The notes under the pieces were generated by a model. That model worked only from the letters and a program-made list of their open reading frames with translations. It ran no database searches and was not told the origin of the DNA. Shown here one piece after another: positions 51,500 through 63,658 of a stretch of 64,000 nt of DNA. The stretch lies in the NCBI RefSeq assembly GCF_001194135.2, contig NC_068988.1, positions 69,210,207-69,274,206 on the forward strand. Reading direction: 5' to 3'. Position 1 is the stretch's first letter, and each line of letters begins with the position of its first letter. A program made the translations under genes and the position numbers. The DNA comes from Octopus bimaculoides. Lineage: Eukaryota.

Positions 51500-53694
51500 G
51501 TTATAGTATAAGGGACAATCACTTCTAAGGAAAGGGAAGGTGTAAGCATTATGCATGGACCAAGAAAATTATGCAGGACTATGACTTAATAGATAGAACT
51601 GAACCACTAGTTCCAGCTGAACCTAGGATTAATTTGAAAGACCACAAGAAGAACTTCCAGGATAACCCGACAGTGAGACTCATTTGCCCATCTAGGCCTC
51701 ACATTGGCAGACTTAGTAAACTTATACTAGACAATATTTTACCTCTTATAATTCCTATTTTATCCTTAAAGTTATGGAATAATACTGAAGAAGTACTAAA
51801 TTGGTTCAAATCTATTGACAACACTGGTAACTTTTTGTTTATTCAATTTGATATAAATAACTATTATTCTAGCATATCCCCTATTCTCCTAAATAAGGCT
51901 CTTATTTTTGCTATGAATCGCTCCCTCATTACTAGGGATAAGATAGACATTATTTTGTTAGCTTGAAGAACTATTATTGAATTTGATAGCAAGCTCTAGA
52001 CTAGAGCCGATACCCCAGAAAATTTTGATATACCAATGGGGTCGAGCGATTCGGCTGAAATTACGAATCTAGTAGGAGCTTACCTCTTATATTGCTTAAA
52101 TAAAAAAATCCCAGAGCTAAAAGGCGGTCTATATAGGGATGATGCTTTATTCATCATCCCTAGTAATAATAAATCATTCATTGAGAGAATAAGAAAGAAA
52201 ATTAGAAAATTATTTAGAAGTTTTAACTTAAATATTACTTACGAATATGGTACTAAGATTGTAAAGTTTTAAGATACCACTCTTAACATAGAAGCTAGAT
52301 TATACCACCCATATAGAAAAGAGAATGAAGTTACTAGATATGTAAGTAGATTATCCAATCATCCACCAAATGTATTAAATTCTATAGTTAAAAGTATTTC
52401 NNNNNNNNNNTAACTTAAGTAGTAGTAGTAATGGACCAAATAAAAAGCAACCCTATATGCCTAAAAATTTAACTAATAAGAAAAATAATAAAGTACATCT
52501 TAATAGTAGACTACATGCTAACACTAGTAATAAACCAGTATTAGTAGACAGTAATGGCGAAACTAATGATATAAATAAAAAGTGCCCCACAACAAAAAGA
52601 TCTACCAATCATAATAATAATATTGTTCTGGGAAGTAATATTAATCAAAGTATACCCCATACTCACCTACACAATAAATTTAAGAGAAAAAATAAAAACT
52701 CTATCTGGTTAAATATCCCTTTCAACTGTGCAATATCCACAAATATTTACAAAAAATTTATGAATATTTTACAAAAAAATTTCCCTTCTTCCCACAGATA
52801 TAGTAGAATTTTCTCTTGTCATACAATCCGAATTTCTTACTCTACCCTTCCTAATGTAGGTACAACAAAAAGAACATTAGGTCAGCTAGAATAAATGAAG
52901 TTAAAAATAGTGGATATGGTTATATGAATACAAATAATTATCTAGCAAATACCAATAATTTTACTATTAATAATTATATAAATAGAAGTGAAAATAACAA
53001 TGACAATAGAAATTATGAGGATAATAATAACATGCTTAGTCCTGCCAACCATAATTTTATCCAACAAACAGAATGCAGCAGTAATGATGGACGTTGTGGT
53101 TCTAACTGAAGTTGATGATAGGCTCAACTCCAATGAAAATAATAGGAATCAGGGACCTAGTTCATATAATATCAATATGCCTAATGCTGGAGGAATAATT
53201 CTAACTGATAGCACATCAGGAAACGAGTTAAATAATGATGAAAATGATCAATATATACCTAATAGGAGAATTGAGGAAATGATAAATAATGTTAGTGTAA
53301 ATAATTGTAATAATAATAATAGAGATATTAGAAATAATATAGGTGGAGTTGATAGCAGAAATAAGTCCCATTGTCCCTTATTAGGAAATTGTTGCACCCA
53401 TAACGTAGTGTACAGATGCATTATTAGTACAATAACTGAGAATTATATTTACATAGGATGTAGTATTAATGTGAAACAGAGAATATATAACCATAGGTCT
53501 TCTTTTAGACTAAGACATAAGGCTAATAGTACGACATTAGCAAGTAAAATTTGGGAGTTAAAAGATAATGGTATTAATTTTAGCCTTAAATGGGAAATTA
53601 TAAGTAAAGCTCAACCTTATAGAAATAATAGATATGGATGTGAATTATGTTCTATGGAAATATATGAAATTTTTAAACTTAGAAATAATCCTAA
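51500..53694 (+). mobile_element. Penelope-like retroelement (RT plus C-terminal GIY-YIG endonuclease), 5'-truncated, with stops and frameshifts
   Basis: LKDHK.NF...RLI, FDINNYYSSI, MGSSDSAEITNLVG, GLYRDD, SNHPP, IWLNIPF, then CPLLGNC...VVY...YIG...RIYNHRSSF...KWEII...CELC. This layout resembles the Hydra-type C-terminal-EN PLEs (recalled from memory, unverified). Confidence 0.93.
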
Positions 53695-54699
53695 NNNNNN
53701 NNNNNNNNNNNNNNNNNNNNNNNNNNNNNNNNNNNNNNNNNNNNNNNNNNNNNNNNNNNNNNNNNNNNNNNNNNNNNNNNNNNNNNNNNNNNNNNNNNNN
53801 NNNNNNNNNNNNNNNNNNNNNNNNNNNNNNNNNNNAAGATATTTTTTCACACCACTTCTGCTAATACTGTTAGTTCTTAATATGTATCTTAACCCTATAT
53901 AGCTTATAGGAATAGGAAATTTTCATAAGTTTTATTTTATTTAATGTTTTGACTTTAAAAGGATCATTATTATTATTACATTATTCCAGGGCTTGCAGCA
54001 ATAGTGTCTTGTTTATTTTGTATTTTTAACTTAAATAAATCTAATCCTTTTTCAATTAATATTCTTTAATTAGCCCATGTTAGTCTTAAAACAAATTCAT
54101 GACTAATGAAACTATTAATCAATTATCATGTTTCTGTATTGGATGTCCTTGTTAATTCCTAATATCCTTTTTCTTTTTTTGTCCCTTAAACCTTATTAAA
54201 CCCATTATTATAAACTATATAAATCCTATACCAATTCTTCTTCACATTATAAAAATAAAGCTTACATTTTATGTGTCCTTCTGTTGCCATGTATTCAAAT
54301 GTATTGATTGCCTGTGATTCTGCTACATATATATATATTATGTATTGATTAGCTGCAAATTGAGCATTATTGTTTGCATTTTATTACACATAAAAAAAAC
54401 AACAAGAAATCGACAGATTTATTACTGAAACAGTAAACAACATAAAAATAACAACAAAATATAACAAAGCAAACCAGAACATGAAACAAAAGCAATAAAT
54501 AATTCAAAAAGCAAGAATTTGGCAATTTGATCTCCATCTTGAATATTTTTCTGCATAGCTGGTTCTGATAAAATGTATATTTAATGTTTTATCATCATAA
54601 ATGATAACTTATTGACTTCCAACCAGACACATATGCTCCTCATGTGTTTCATATTACTGATAGTAGATTCATATAATAGGTAAACAATTTTATTATTTG

Positions 54700-54832
54700 T
54701 GTATGTGTGTGTATGTATGTGTGTGTGTATGTTCATGTGTGTGTATATGTGTGTGTATATATGTATACATATATGTGTATGTTTGTATGTACATATGATA
54801 TGTGTATGCATGTACGTATATATGTATTTGTT

Positions 54833-54905
<73 letters not shown>

Positions 54906-54924
54906 TTGTATGCAAATATATATA
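54700..54924. repeat. (TA)/(CA)/(TATG) compound microsatellite flanking a gap; similar tracts at 28905-29031, 34220-34580 and 58750-58950
   Basis: Directly visible. Confidence 0.95.
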
Positions 54925-55840
54925 NNNNNNNNNNNNNNNNNNNNNNNNNNNNNNNNNNNNNNNNNNNNNNNNNNNNNNNNNNNNNNNNNNNNNNNNNNNN
55001 NNNNNNNNNNNNNNNNNNNNNNNNNNNNNNNNNNNNNNNNNNNNNNNNNNNNNNNNNNNNNNNNNNNNNNNNNNNNNNNNNNNNNNNNNNNNNNNNNNNN
55101 NNNNNNNNNNNNNNNNNNNNNNNNNNNNNNNNNNNNNNNNNNNNNNNNNNNNNNNNNNNNNNNNNNNNNNNNNNNNNNNNNNNNNNNNNNNNNNNNNNNN
55201 NNNNNNNNNNNNNNNNNNNNNNNNNNNNNNNNNNNNNNNNNNNNNNNNNNNNNNNNNNNNNNNNNNNNNNNNNNNNNNNNNNNNNNNNNNNNNNNNNNNN
55301 NNNNNNNNNNNNNNNNNNNNNNNNNNNNNNNNNNNNNNNNNNNNNNNNNNNNNNNNNNNNNNNNNNNNNNNNNNNNNNNNNNNNNNNNNNNNNNNNNNNN
55401 NNNNNNNNNNNNNNNNNNNNNNNNNNNNNNNNNNNNNNNNNNNNNNNNNNNNNNNNNNNNNNNNNNNNNNNNNNNNNNNNNNNNNNNNNNNNNNNNNNNN
55501 NNNNNNNNNNNNNNNNNNNNNNNNNNNNNNNNNNNNNNNNNNNNNNNNNNNNNNNNNNNNNNNNNNNNNNNNNNNNNNNNNNNNNNNNNNNNNNNNNNNN
55601 NNNNNNNNNNNNNNNNNNNNNNNNNNNNNNNNNNNNNNNNNNNNNNNNNNNNNNNNNNNNNNNNNNNNNNNNNNNNNNNNNNNNNNNNNNNNNNNNNNNN
55701 NNNNNNNNNNNNNNNNNNNNNNNNNNNNNNNNNNNNNNNNNNNNNNNNNNNNNNNNNNNNNNNNNNNNNNNNNNNNNNNNNNNNNNNNNNNNNNNNNNNN
55801 NNNNNNNATATATATATATATATATATATATATAAAGATC

Positions 55841-55924
55841 ACATCTATGGGGTGTTTCAGAGATGTGCCATGGAATATGACATATTTCATATTATTAATC
55901 ATGGCACTCCCCTCATCTGGATGT
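55841..55924 (-). ncRNA. Degenerate type I hammerhead-like motif
   Basis: acauc-CAGAUGA-[gggga gugccaug...cauggcac a ucucu]-GAAAC-acccc-AUA-gaugu; stems I and II intact, core U-to-A change and a stem III mismatch. Confidence 0.55.
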
Positions 55925-57240
55925 TGCAAAAAGTTCAAAAACACATCTACATACCAGGACCAGCCAACCATCAGCAGCAATGTTAACATTAACAAGCTCT
56001 AAATAAACTATATATATATTATATATATTTATTTGTAGGTATATACATATTTCTAAGTGTGTGTATGTGTGTGTGTGTGTGTGTGTGTATAATACACACA
56101 CACAAGCACACACACTCACACGCATACACACACACACAGAGAACAAGACAGAGTGAAATAGATACGTATTAGCATCAGGAATCCTGAATTCTAACTTATT
56201 AAATATGCTTCTGGCAATAAAGTACCGAACCAGGAAGGCAGATGACACTTACTGTATTAAGAGATATTCAACTGATCTATTTTCTAGGTATTAGGGGGGT
56301 TTCTTAACTGACATTTTCTATGTTTTATATTTACAAGATCTTTACTTTAGATTCCATTAATTTTTCTAATTATTCTTTATCTTTTATATTAATCTTCTCC
56401 ACCTCATTTTTTTAGGCATTATCGTTTTAGTTTACCTCCAGTTACTATATTATATTCTGGTTTCTTATTGAATTCTGTTTATTAATATTGTCATCTGAAT
56501 TATTTACTGGAAGCTGATTATCTTAATATATAGAGAAAAGTGAGTTGTTCTTTCTGTTTAAATAATTCAGCATATAATCATCTGTCAACTATTTTTTTTT
56601 TTGTCATAACATATTACTCTTTCCTTTCTACTTGTCCAGTACTTTAGTGCTAGTAGCATATTTAATAAGTTAGAATTCCACATACAAATATGTATCTACC
56701 TCACTCTCGATCTTGTTCTGCATGTGTATGTAGTAGTAATCTTCAGTACAATGTCCTCCATTGTCTGCAACAATCTTGGACAATATGGGAAGGTAACAGT
56801 TTTCAATTGTCATGGTCAAATTTAAAATTATTTGATGTCTGCTGTTATCACAGCTCTCCTTCTCTGTTGCCTGTTAGATACTTGTTTAAAGTAGATTACC
56901 TCGCTTTCAAATAATTCCATTTTTCATCAAATCCATTTTATTTGTATGTACACATTCTGTCATGTTTGTTTTCACCTCAGCCCCTTGTTTGTTAGAACGC
57001 TATTTACCATCAGCTTCTTGTTGCTGACAACACCAAAGGAGAACAATATTATCATTAAAGGTGTGAAATTGTTATGGTCTTTTTGATGATAACTGATGAG
57101 GATTTAGCAACTTTCTGTGTGTATTTTCCATTTGTCACATTTGTTTATACTCCCATATAATTTGTGAATGTATGCATATATATATGTATATATGATATAT
57201 AATACATTTCCTTATCTATATGTGTGTGTGTGTGTGTGTA

Positions 57241-57320
57241 TCGCTTAGTGGTTAGGGTGTCACACTCATGATTGTGAGATTGTAGGTTCGATTCCCAGAC
57301 GGGGCATTGCATTGTGTTCT
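57241..57320 (+). mobile_element. SINE B2 head fragment
   Basis: gcttagtggttaggg ... ggttcgattcccag, truncated. Confidence 0.75.
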
Positions 57321-57639
57321 TACTCTATGATCATTTCGACATCTGGCATACACACACTGTAGTCATGGTCATTGCCAGTGTGATGTAAATGGTACCTGTG
57401 AAATCATAGTCTTGACCTATGGCCACATAAGGATTATAACACCATCACATCAAGCTTTTGGTACTCTTCCTATCTTCTATACATCACTATTATTTTATAC
57501 ATTGATTTTACAATATAGTAAGCTTCGAACTAGAAAATCTCTACTACAGTTCCATCCATTCCTGTGCTTTTCCAGAATTAAGTTTACTTAACGAGATTTG
57601 AACCTCTTCCTTTGAAGGAATATGATTTGATTCATAAAT

Positions 57640-58015
57640 GATTGGCATTTTCTGAAGATAGATGATATGACAGACTTTAAAATTTTGAATAACTAAGTGT
57701 ACTGCTGTGTACAGCTCCAGTGCATGTGTCATATATGAAGCTTACTGTATCTGCTAGTCTGCTTTTGATTCCACTACACCTCTTGTGCATCCATAGCATG
57801 CAACAGTTCAATATAAGGAGTTTACACCAACTCTGTTTCTGCATATTAAGCAAGACCATATCTTTGAAGCTACGAGAGTACTGTCTCCTTTTCTTTCCTG
57901 ATAACTAAAATCTTCATCTTTGCTAAGTTTACTTACCTTAAGACCACTTAATTCTAGGTTTAGTTTCAAAGTTTGGAATTTCTTCTCTAATTTCTCTATA
58001 GATTCATCTATGAAA
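57640..58015 (-). mobile_element. RTE-clade LINE RT fragment
   Basis: IEKLEKKFQTLKLNLELSGLKV...LWMHKRCSGIKSRL...IYDTCTGAV. Confidence 0.85.
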
Positions 58016-58246
58016 ACTATATACACATGTACATGTATACATATACATGCATATTTGAATATATNNNNNNNNNNNNNNNNNNNNNNNNNNNNNNNNNNNN
58101 NNNNNNNNNNNNNNNNNNNNNNNNNNNNNNNNNNNNNNNNNNNNNNNNNNNNNNNNNNNNNNNNNNNNNNNNNNNNNNNNNNNNNNNNNNNNNNNNNNNN
58201 NNNNNNNNNNNNNNNNNNNNNNNNNNNNNNNNNNNNNNNNNNNNNN

Positions 58247-58292
<46 letters not shown>

Positions 58293-58803
58293 TAGATAGA
58301 TAGTAGATAGATAGATAGACACACACACGCATATATATACACATATGCATCCACATGCATGTGTATGTGCATGTGTGTATGTATGTGTGTGTGTGTGTGT
58401 GTGGGCATGCATGTGTGTGTATGTACACATGTGCAAACTGATTGTGTGAGTGTGAATTAGACAGAAGCATAGAAAAGTGAAGGAAGTAAAGAAACATGAA
58501 GTTATATTAATACTAGTTTATGGTAATTATTATAGACTTTATTGGCTGTTGTAGGAATATATCTGCTAATGTTCAACACCATTGAAAGAAGATTTAATGC
58601 TCATTTTGTTTTTCATCTTTATTTCTCATTGCATCATCTCTCTTTATGGCTACACTCTGTTTTAAATAGATTTCCTCCTTTGTGTATTTCACATTAAAAC
58701 ATGATCAAATAATAATTATAATTAAAATAGTGATCATTAAAAGAATCATGTGTATATACATACATACATATATATATATATGTGTATATATATATATATA
58801 TAT

Positions 58804-58858
<55 letters not shown>

Positions 58859-59079
58859 TACATATGTATATATATGTATGTATGCATGTATATATGTATG
58901 TATACATAAATATATACAAATATACACACACACTCACACACACACATACAAGCTTGTAAGAAAACTAGAGATAGATAAATCGCTTAAAAGACTAGAGCAA
59001 GTCATGTACAGGGGTACTGATGACAAGATGCAACCAAAGTGCACATGAAAGAATTTAACAGTTTATTGAACACCAGGAC

Positions 59080-59960
59080 TCAGTTCTCATTCCCCTTCTG
59101 TTTAATATAGTCTTCCAAGTCATAGCATGGGAGTTTATAACCAGTTCTTTCTAAGAACTCGTGTATGTCAATGATCTATACCTCAAATCGGAATAAAAGA
59201 TCCGGAGAAGAATTTCCAAATTTGGAAGCCAATCCTAGAATTGAAAGGCCGCAAAAGGAAATCTTACAAAACTGAAGTTTTAGTTCACAGGGAAAAAGAC
59301 AGCTCCTTGCTGCTGCCAGGAAAGTAGCCTTGGCAAAAAGATGTACCCATTGTAAAATGGAAGCATGAAAGGTGTAGTGGGATTATAGATAGGATAACAG
59401 AGCAAGTAGATTTCATTCATTAGTGGTAGATGCACAGGAATAGTGGAACTGAGAAGGAATAAATTCTTTTAAGAGCTTAGAAATCTTTCTAGAAGTAGTT
59501 GGTAGCTTTTGTTACTCTGATTATGTAATTGGTAGCTGGAGTTCTCAAATTAAATTCGAAAAGCAAGAACAGGGTGGAAAAGATTAAGGGCGCTAACAAC
59601 TTTGTTGGCTACAAAGAGTTCTATCTGCATGAAGAGGAAATTGTTTAGTGCTTCCTGTACAACAGGTGATGCTGCATAATGACAAGATATGGGCTTTGAA
59701 TGAAGAGAATCTGTGGATATTGAAAAGGCATGAAGTAATTGTACATTGGCAGATGTGGAATTTTAGTGTGCATGAACTACAGAGCACTAACGACACAAGA
59801 GGAAATCCATATATATGAGAAATCAGATGTTGCATGCAAGAGAGAAGACTACTTAAGTGTGGACATGTGATATGTATATAATGGATGACAGATATCTCTA
59901 AAAGTGTTAGGCACTCCAATTTGAAGGAACATGTAGAAGGAAGAAGTGGAGATCACAAGT
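59080..59960 (+). mobile_element. RTE-clade LINE RT-to-C-terminus fragment
   Basis: SVLIPLLFNIVFQVI...ELVYVNDL...NFQIWK..LELKG...RCTHCK.WKHERCSGI...EIRCCMQERRL..GHV...EGTCR. Confidence 0.85.
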
Positions 59961-59988
59961 GGCTGACTCCCTCAAGATGATAAAAGAC

Positions 59989-60284
59989 TGTAGTAACGCC
60001 TGCGCATGCGTAGTCTTACGCATGCGTAAAATTAAACAAGCAAGCGTTTCCCGCTCAATTCATTCTCTTTCTCGCTGGCCAGCGATTGAGCATGGACGTG
60101 TGTTTAAAAGCTGTCCCTACATCTTTCGGTCTTATACTCGACAGCTAGTTATTCTCACCTCTAAAGAAGTATAACTAAAGATTTGTATGTTTTACCAAGT
60201 AAATAAATGTTGTTTAAGTTGTTTAGTCTGGAGTTCAGCGTTCCGTCTATTTCTTTAATTTTTTAGTAGAAAGTCAGGTATACA
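59989..60284. other. CpG-rich unclassified segment with paired GCGCATGCG-type palindromes (LTR-like or promoter-like)
   Basis: Starts TGT, has AATAAA at ~60201 and ends TACA; tgcgcatgcgta-gtct-tacgcatgcgta; no TSD found. Confidence 0.4.
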
Positions 60285-61423
60285 ATCTAAAGATGTATAA
60301 CCCACTTTCTACTAAAAGACCATAACTTGTGGTGATGCACTGTACTGATGATCTGCTCAAGCCATGCAAGTTGGTAAAAGTAGACAGAAACACATCTACG
60401 TTGAAGTCTTTCCCATCTGTTATGTTCATATAAAAATCTTCATATACCACTCTCCCTATCTCTTTAAAAGTGTCTTCTTTATCACTACACTTATCAATGT
60501 GTCTTTCTAAAATCACCCGTTCTCTCTCTCAAATCATGCCACTTATTGTAAGGAGGGATAGTATTACAATGGATCAATCTGTATTCAATAACTCTATTTT
60601 CATCCTCCCTTCTTTAGATCTATCACCATCAACCCTTTACTCTCTCTTCTATCACTTACTGTTGATATATATTTCATTCTTCCTTTTCTGTCACTCTATA
60701 AATCTGCCTACCACTCTCTCCCTTCCCATTTCACACAGCTCACACTGTTTCTATTCAATCTCCTCAACAAAATAATTTGTGCATCTGTTCATCTCTCTCT
60801 CTTTCTCTACCTTTATTGCTTACTCTATCACCTGCAACTCTTATCCTTCTGGGTTTGCATTTATTACTTCCTTTCAATCATTCTTTTTTTACTGACATTT
60901 TTCATCATTCTCTCTTCTATATGCCAAGGAGGAAACAACTGGCTGCCATTAAGGAATGAATGAACAAGAATAACATATGTTAGAGAAGATTGAAAAATCT
61001 TGCTAAGTACAAGGAAGCCACTCTAGTGCTGGTGCCATGATCAATCGCATCCAGTCCACTCTATGAAATGGTCTACAGATTCTTGTCAAAAATGGAACAT
61101 AGCAGCTAGAAGTGGCTTCTAATTTATTTAACCCATGCCCTGTGCCGTTAAGGGATTGCAGATTTAAAAAGATGATGGTCATGATGATGATAATATATGT
61201 ATGTGTGCATATGTACTTACACATGTATATAGATACATACCTATGTATACATTCATCCTTCCACACACACATACATGTACACATACACACACACATGTGT
61301 GCCTGAAGAGAGAGAGAGAGAGAGAGAAGAGAGTGAGAGATAGACAGACAGACAGACAGACAGTTAGATAGATAGATAGATTGATAGACAGACAGACAGA
61401 CAGACAGATAGATACATAGATGC

Positions 61424-61457
<34 letters not shown>

Positions 61458-61644
61458 GTTCCTTACATAAAAATCACTGTGCACTCATCTTTCACATGTA
61501 CGTCTATATACTTTTACATGGGTTTTTGTGCATTTGTATGCATATTTACTCAATTCAGACGGATGAAAACTTTCACATAGTATCTGTGTGTTGTAGAAGT
61601 TCTGAAGCAATGAGATCCATATAACTGTTTATACATGTAAGCAT

Positions 61645-61764
<120 letters not shown>

Positions 61765-62026
61765 TGAGTGTTCCAAAAAGCGTACACACATTTTAACAGC
61801 TAACTTAATTCTCATTTCCTCTAGATTTCATCCATCAGGTATAACTAAGGAAGCCAACCAAGCTTTGAACGAAAGAGATTTATCCTTAAGTGCAACTAGA
61901 AATTTGAAAGCTCAGTTGATGTGTAAAGACAGTTTAGCAGTCAGCTTGAAATGGATTTACCTACACCTCCTCCAATGCCCCCCTCTCCCCTTAAAGGATC
62001 TTTGTCTAGTAAGTTACTTGGTGACA

Positions 62027-62302
62027 TTGCCAGTGTTGGTGCCACATAAAAAGCATCCACTGTAAAGTGGTTGGTATTTGGAAGGACACCCAGTAAAATC
62101 CATGTCAAAACTGATCTCGCTTGTGTGAGTGCCACATTAAAAGCATTCTGTCCACTCTGCGTAGTGGTTGATGCTAGGAAGGGCATCCAACCATAACAAC
62201 CATGCCAAAACAGACACAAAAGTCTGGTGCAGTCTGCTGCCTGGCCTGCTCCTGTCAAACTGTCCAACCCATTCCAGTATGGAAGGTGGACGTTACCATC
62301 AT
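62027..62302 (+). mobile_element. Family D (RTE-related) copy; fragments also at ~27920-27990, ~42325-42480 and ~43145-43245
   Basis: Two gtgccac..aaaagc units, gctaggaagggcatcc, ctgtcaaactgtccaacccattccagtatggaagg. Confidence 0.8.
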
Positions 62303-62585
62303 TTGAATTAGAGATAAGTTTGAAGCAGATGGGACTGTTCAGAACGTCCACAAGAAACATTCTGGAAGACCATGGGCACTGATAAGCCCTACAAAGCAAA
62401 GAAAGGTGATAATAATGTAATGCCAGAATTCATGAAAATCTGTGCAGCAAGTGAGTCATGGGAAAGGAAATTCAAAAATGTGCATCCATTGCACTTTGTA
62501 GTGCTGTCATTGGAAAAGTTGCATTGCAAGAATAGTTCTCAGTGAAGATAAACTGGTCAGAATTGCGGAGTTTTGTGAATGATAT

Positions 62586-62790
62586 TTACTCTTTTACTTA
62601 TTTCAGTCATTTGACTGCGGCCATGCTGGAGCACCACCTTTAGTCGAGCAAATCGGCCCCAGGACTTATTCTTTGTAAGCCTAGTACTTATTCTATCGGT
62701 CTCTTTTGCTGAACTGGTAAGTTACGGGGATGTAAACACACCAGCATCGGTTGTCAAGCGATGTTGGGGGGACAAACACAGACATACAAA

Positions 62791-62829
<39 letters not shown>

Positions 62830-63009
62830 ACATATATATATACACGACGGGCTTCTTTCAGTTTCCATCTACCAAATCCACTCACAAGGCTTTGGTCGGC
62901 CCGAAGCTATAGTAGAAGACACTTGCCCAAGGTGCCACGCAGTGGGACTGAACCCGGAACCATGTGGTTGGTAGGCAAGCTACTTACCACACAGCCACTC
63001 CTGCACCTA
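62586..63009 (-). mobile_element. SINE family A, full length and young-looking, with internal (CA)n
   Basis: Close match to the 11694 and 15366 copies. Confidence 0.93.
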
Positions 63010-63658
63010 CTTAACAAGATGTTTAGAAGATGCACATTTTCTAATATAGACTGTTTGGAGTGATGAGGATACATTTAAATATAATGGCTCAATGAACCAC
63101 TACAACTGCACATACATGGGATCTGTGAATCTGTATATTATGGAGGAACATCATATTGATTTACGAGGGAGCAAGGGAGCAGCTTATCATCAAAAAGATC
63201 AAGTATACTTTCCCTTTTCTTTTTTTTTTTTGACATTACTCTGAGTGGACCCATTTACTTGAACTTGCAGCACCAATTTGTTGTTCCAAGCATTAAAGAG
63301 AACTTTTATGTTGTGAAATTTTAGTTTCAGTAAGATGGGGCATCTCCACTCTACTATAGTAATGTAAGGGCTGAACTTGTGAGATTTTGTCAAACAAGTG
63401 GATTAGACAAAGAGTTTCAGTTGAATACCCTCCATATTTACAAGATTTCACACAGCTATTAATATACATGCAGTCCTCTGAACTGTCAGATATTGTCAAA
63501 CCATATAATCTATGCCACCATGGAATATGGGTGGTAAATGAAAATGAGGATGATGATACATACATGCATATATGCATACACACACACACACAAAGACAAA
63601 GAGTTTCAGTTGAATACCCTTCACATTTACAAGACCTCACACAGCTAGAGGTTTTTTG

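Noticed and set aside
51960-53130. In-frame TGA codons in the PLE as possible selenocysteine recoding, as reported for some Naiad PLEs
   Set aside because: TAG and TAA stops and frameshifts are also present, the domain order is RT then EN (not Naiad), and no SECIS is evident; simple decay explains it.
60274-60516. 80-aa minus-strand ORF of natural-looking composition
   Set aside because: No recognisable motif and no polypyrimidine acceptor or donor pair.
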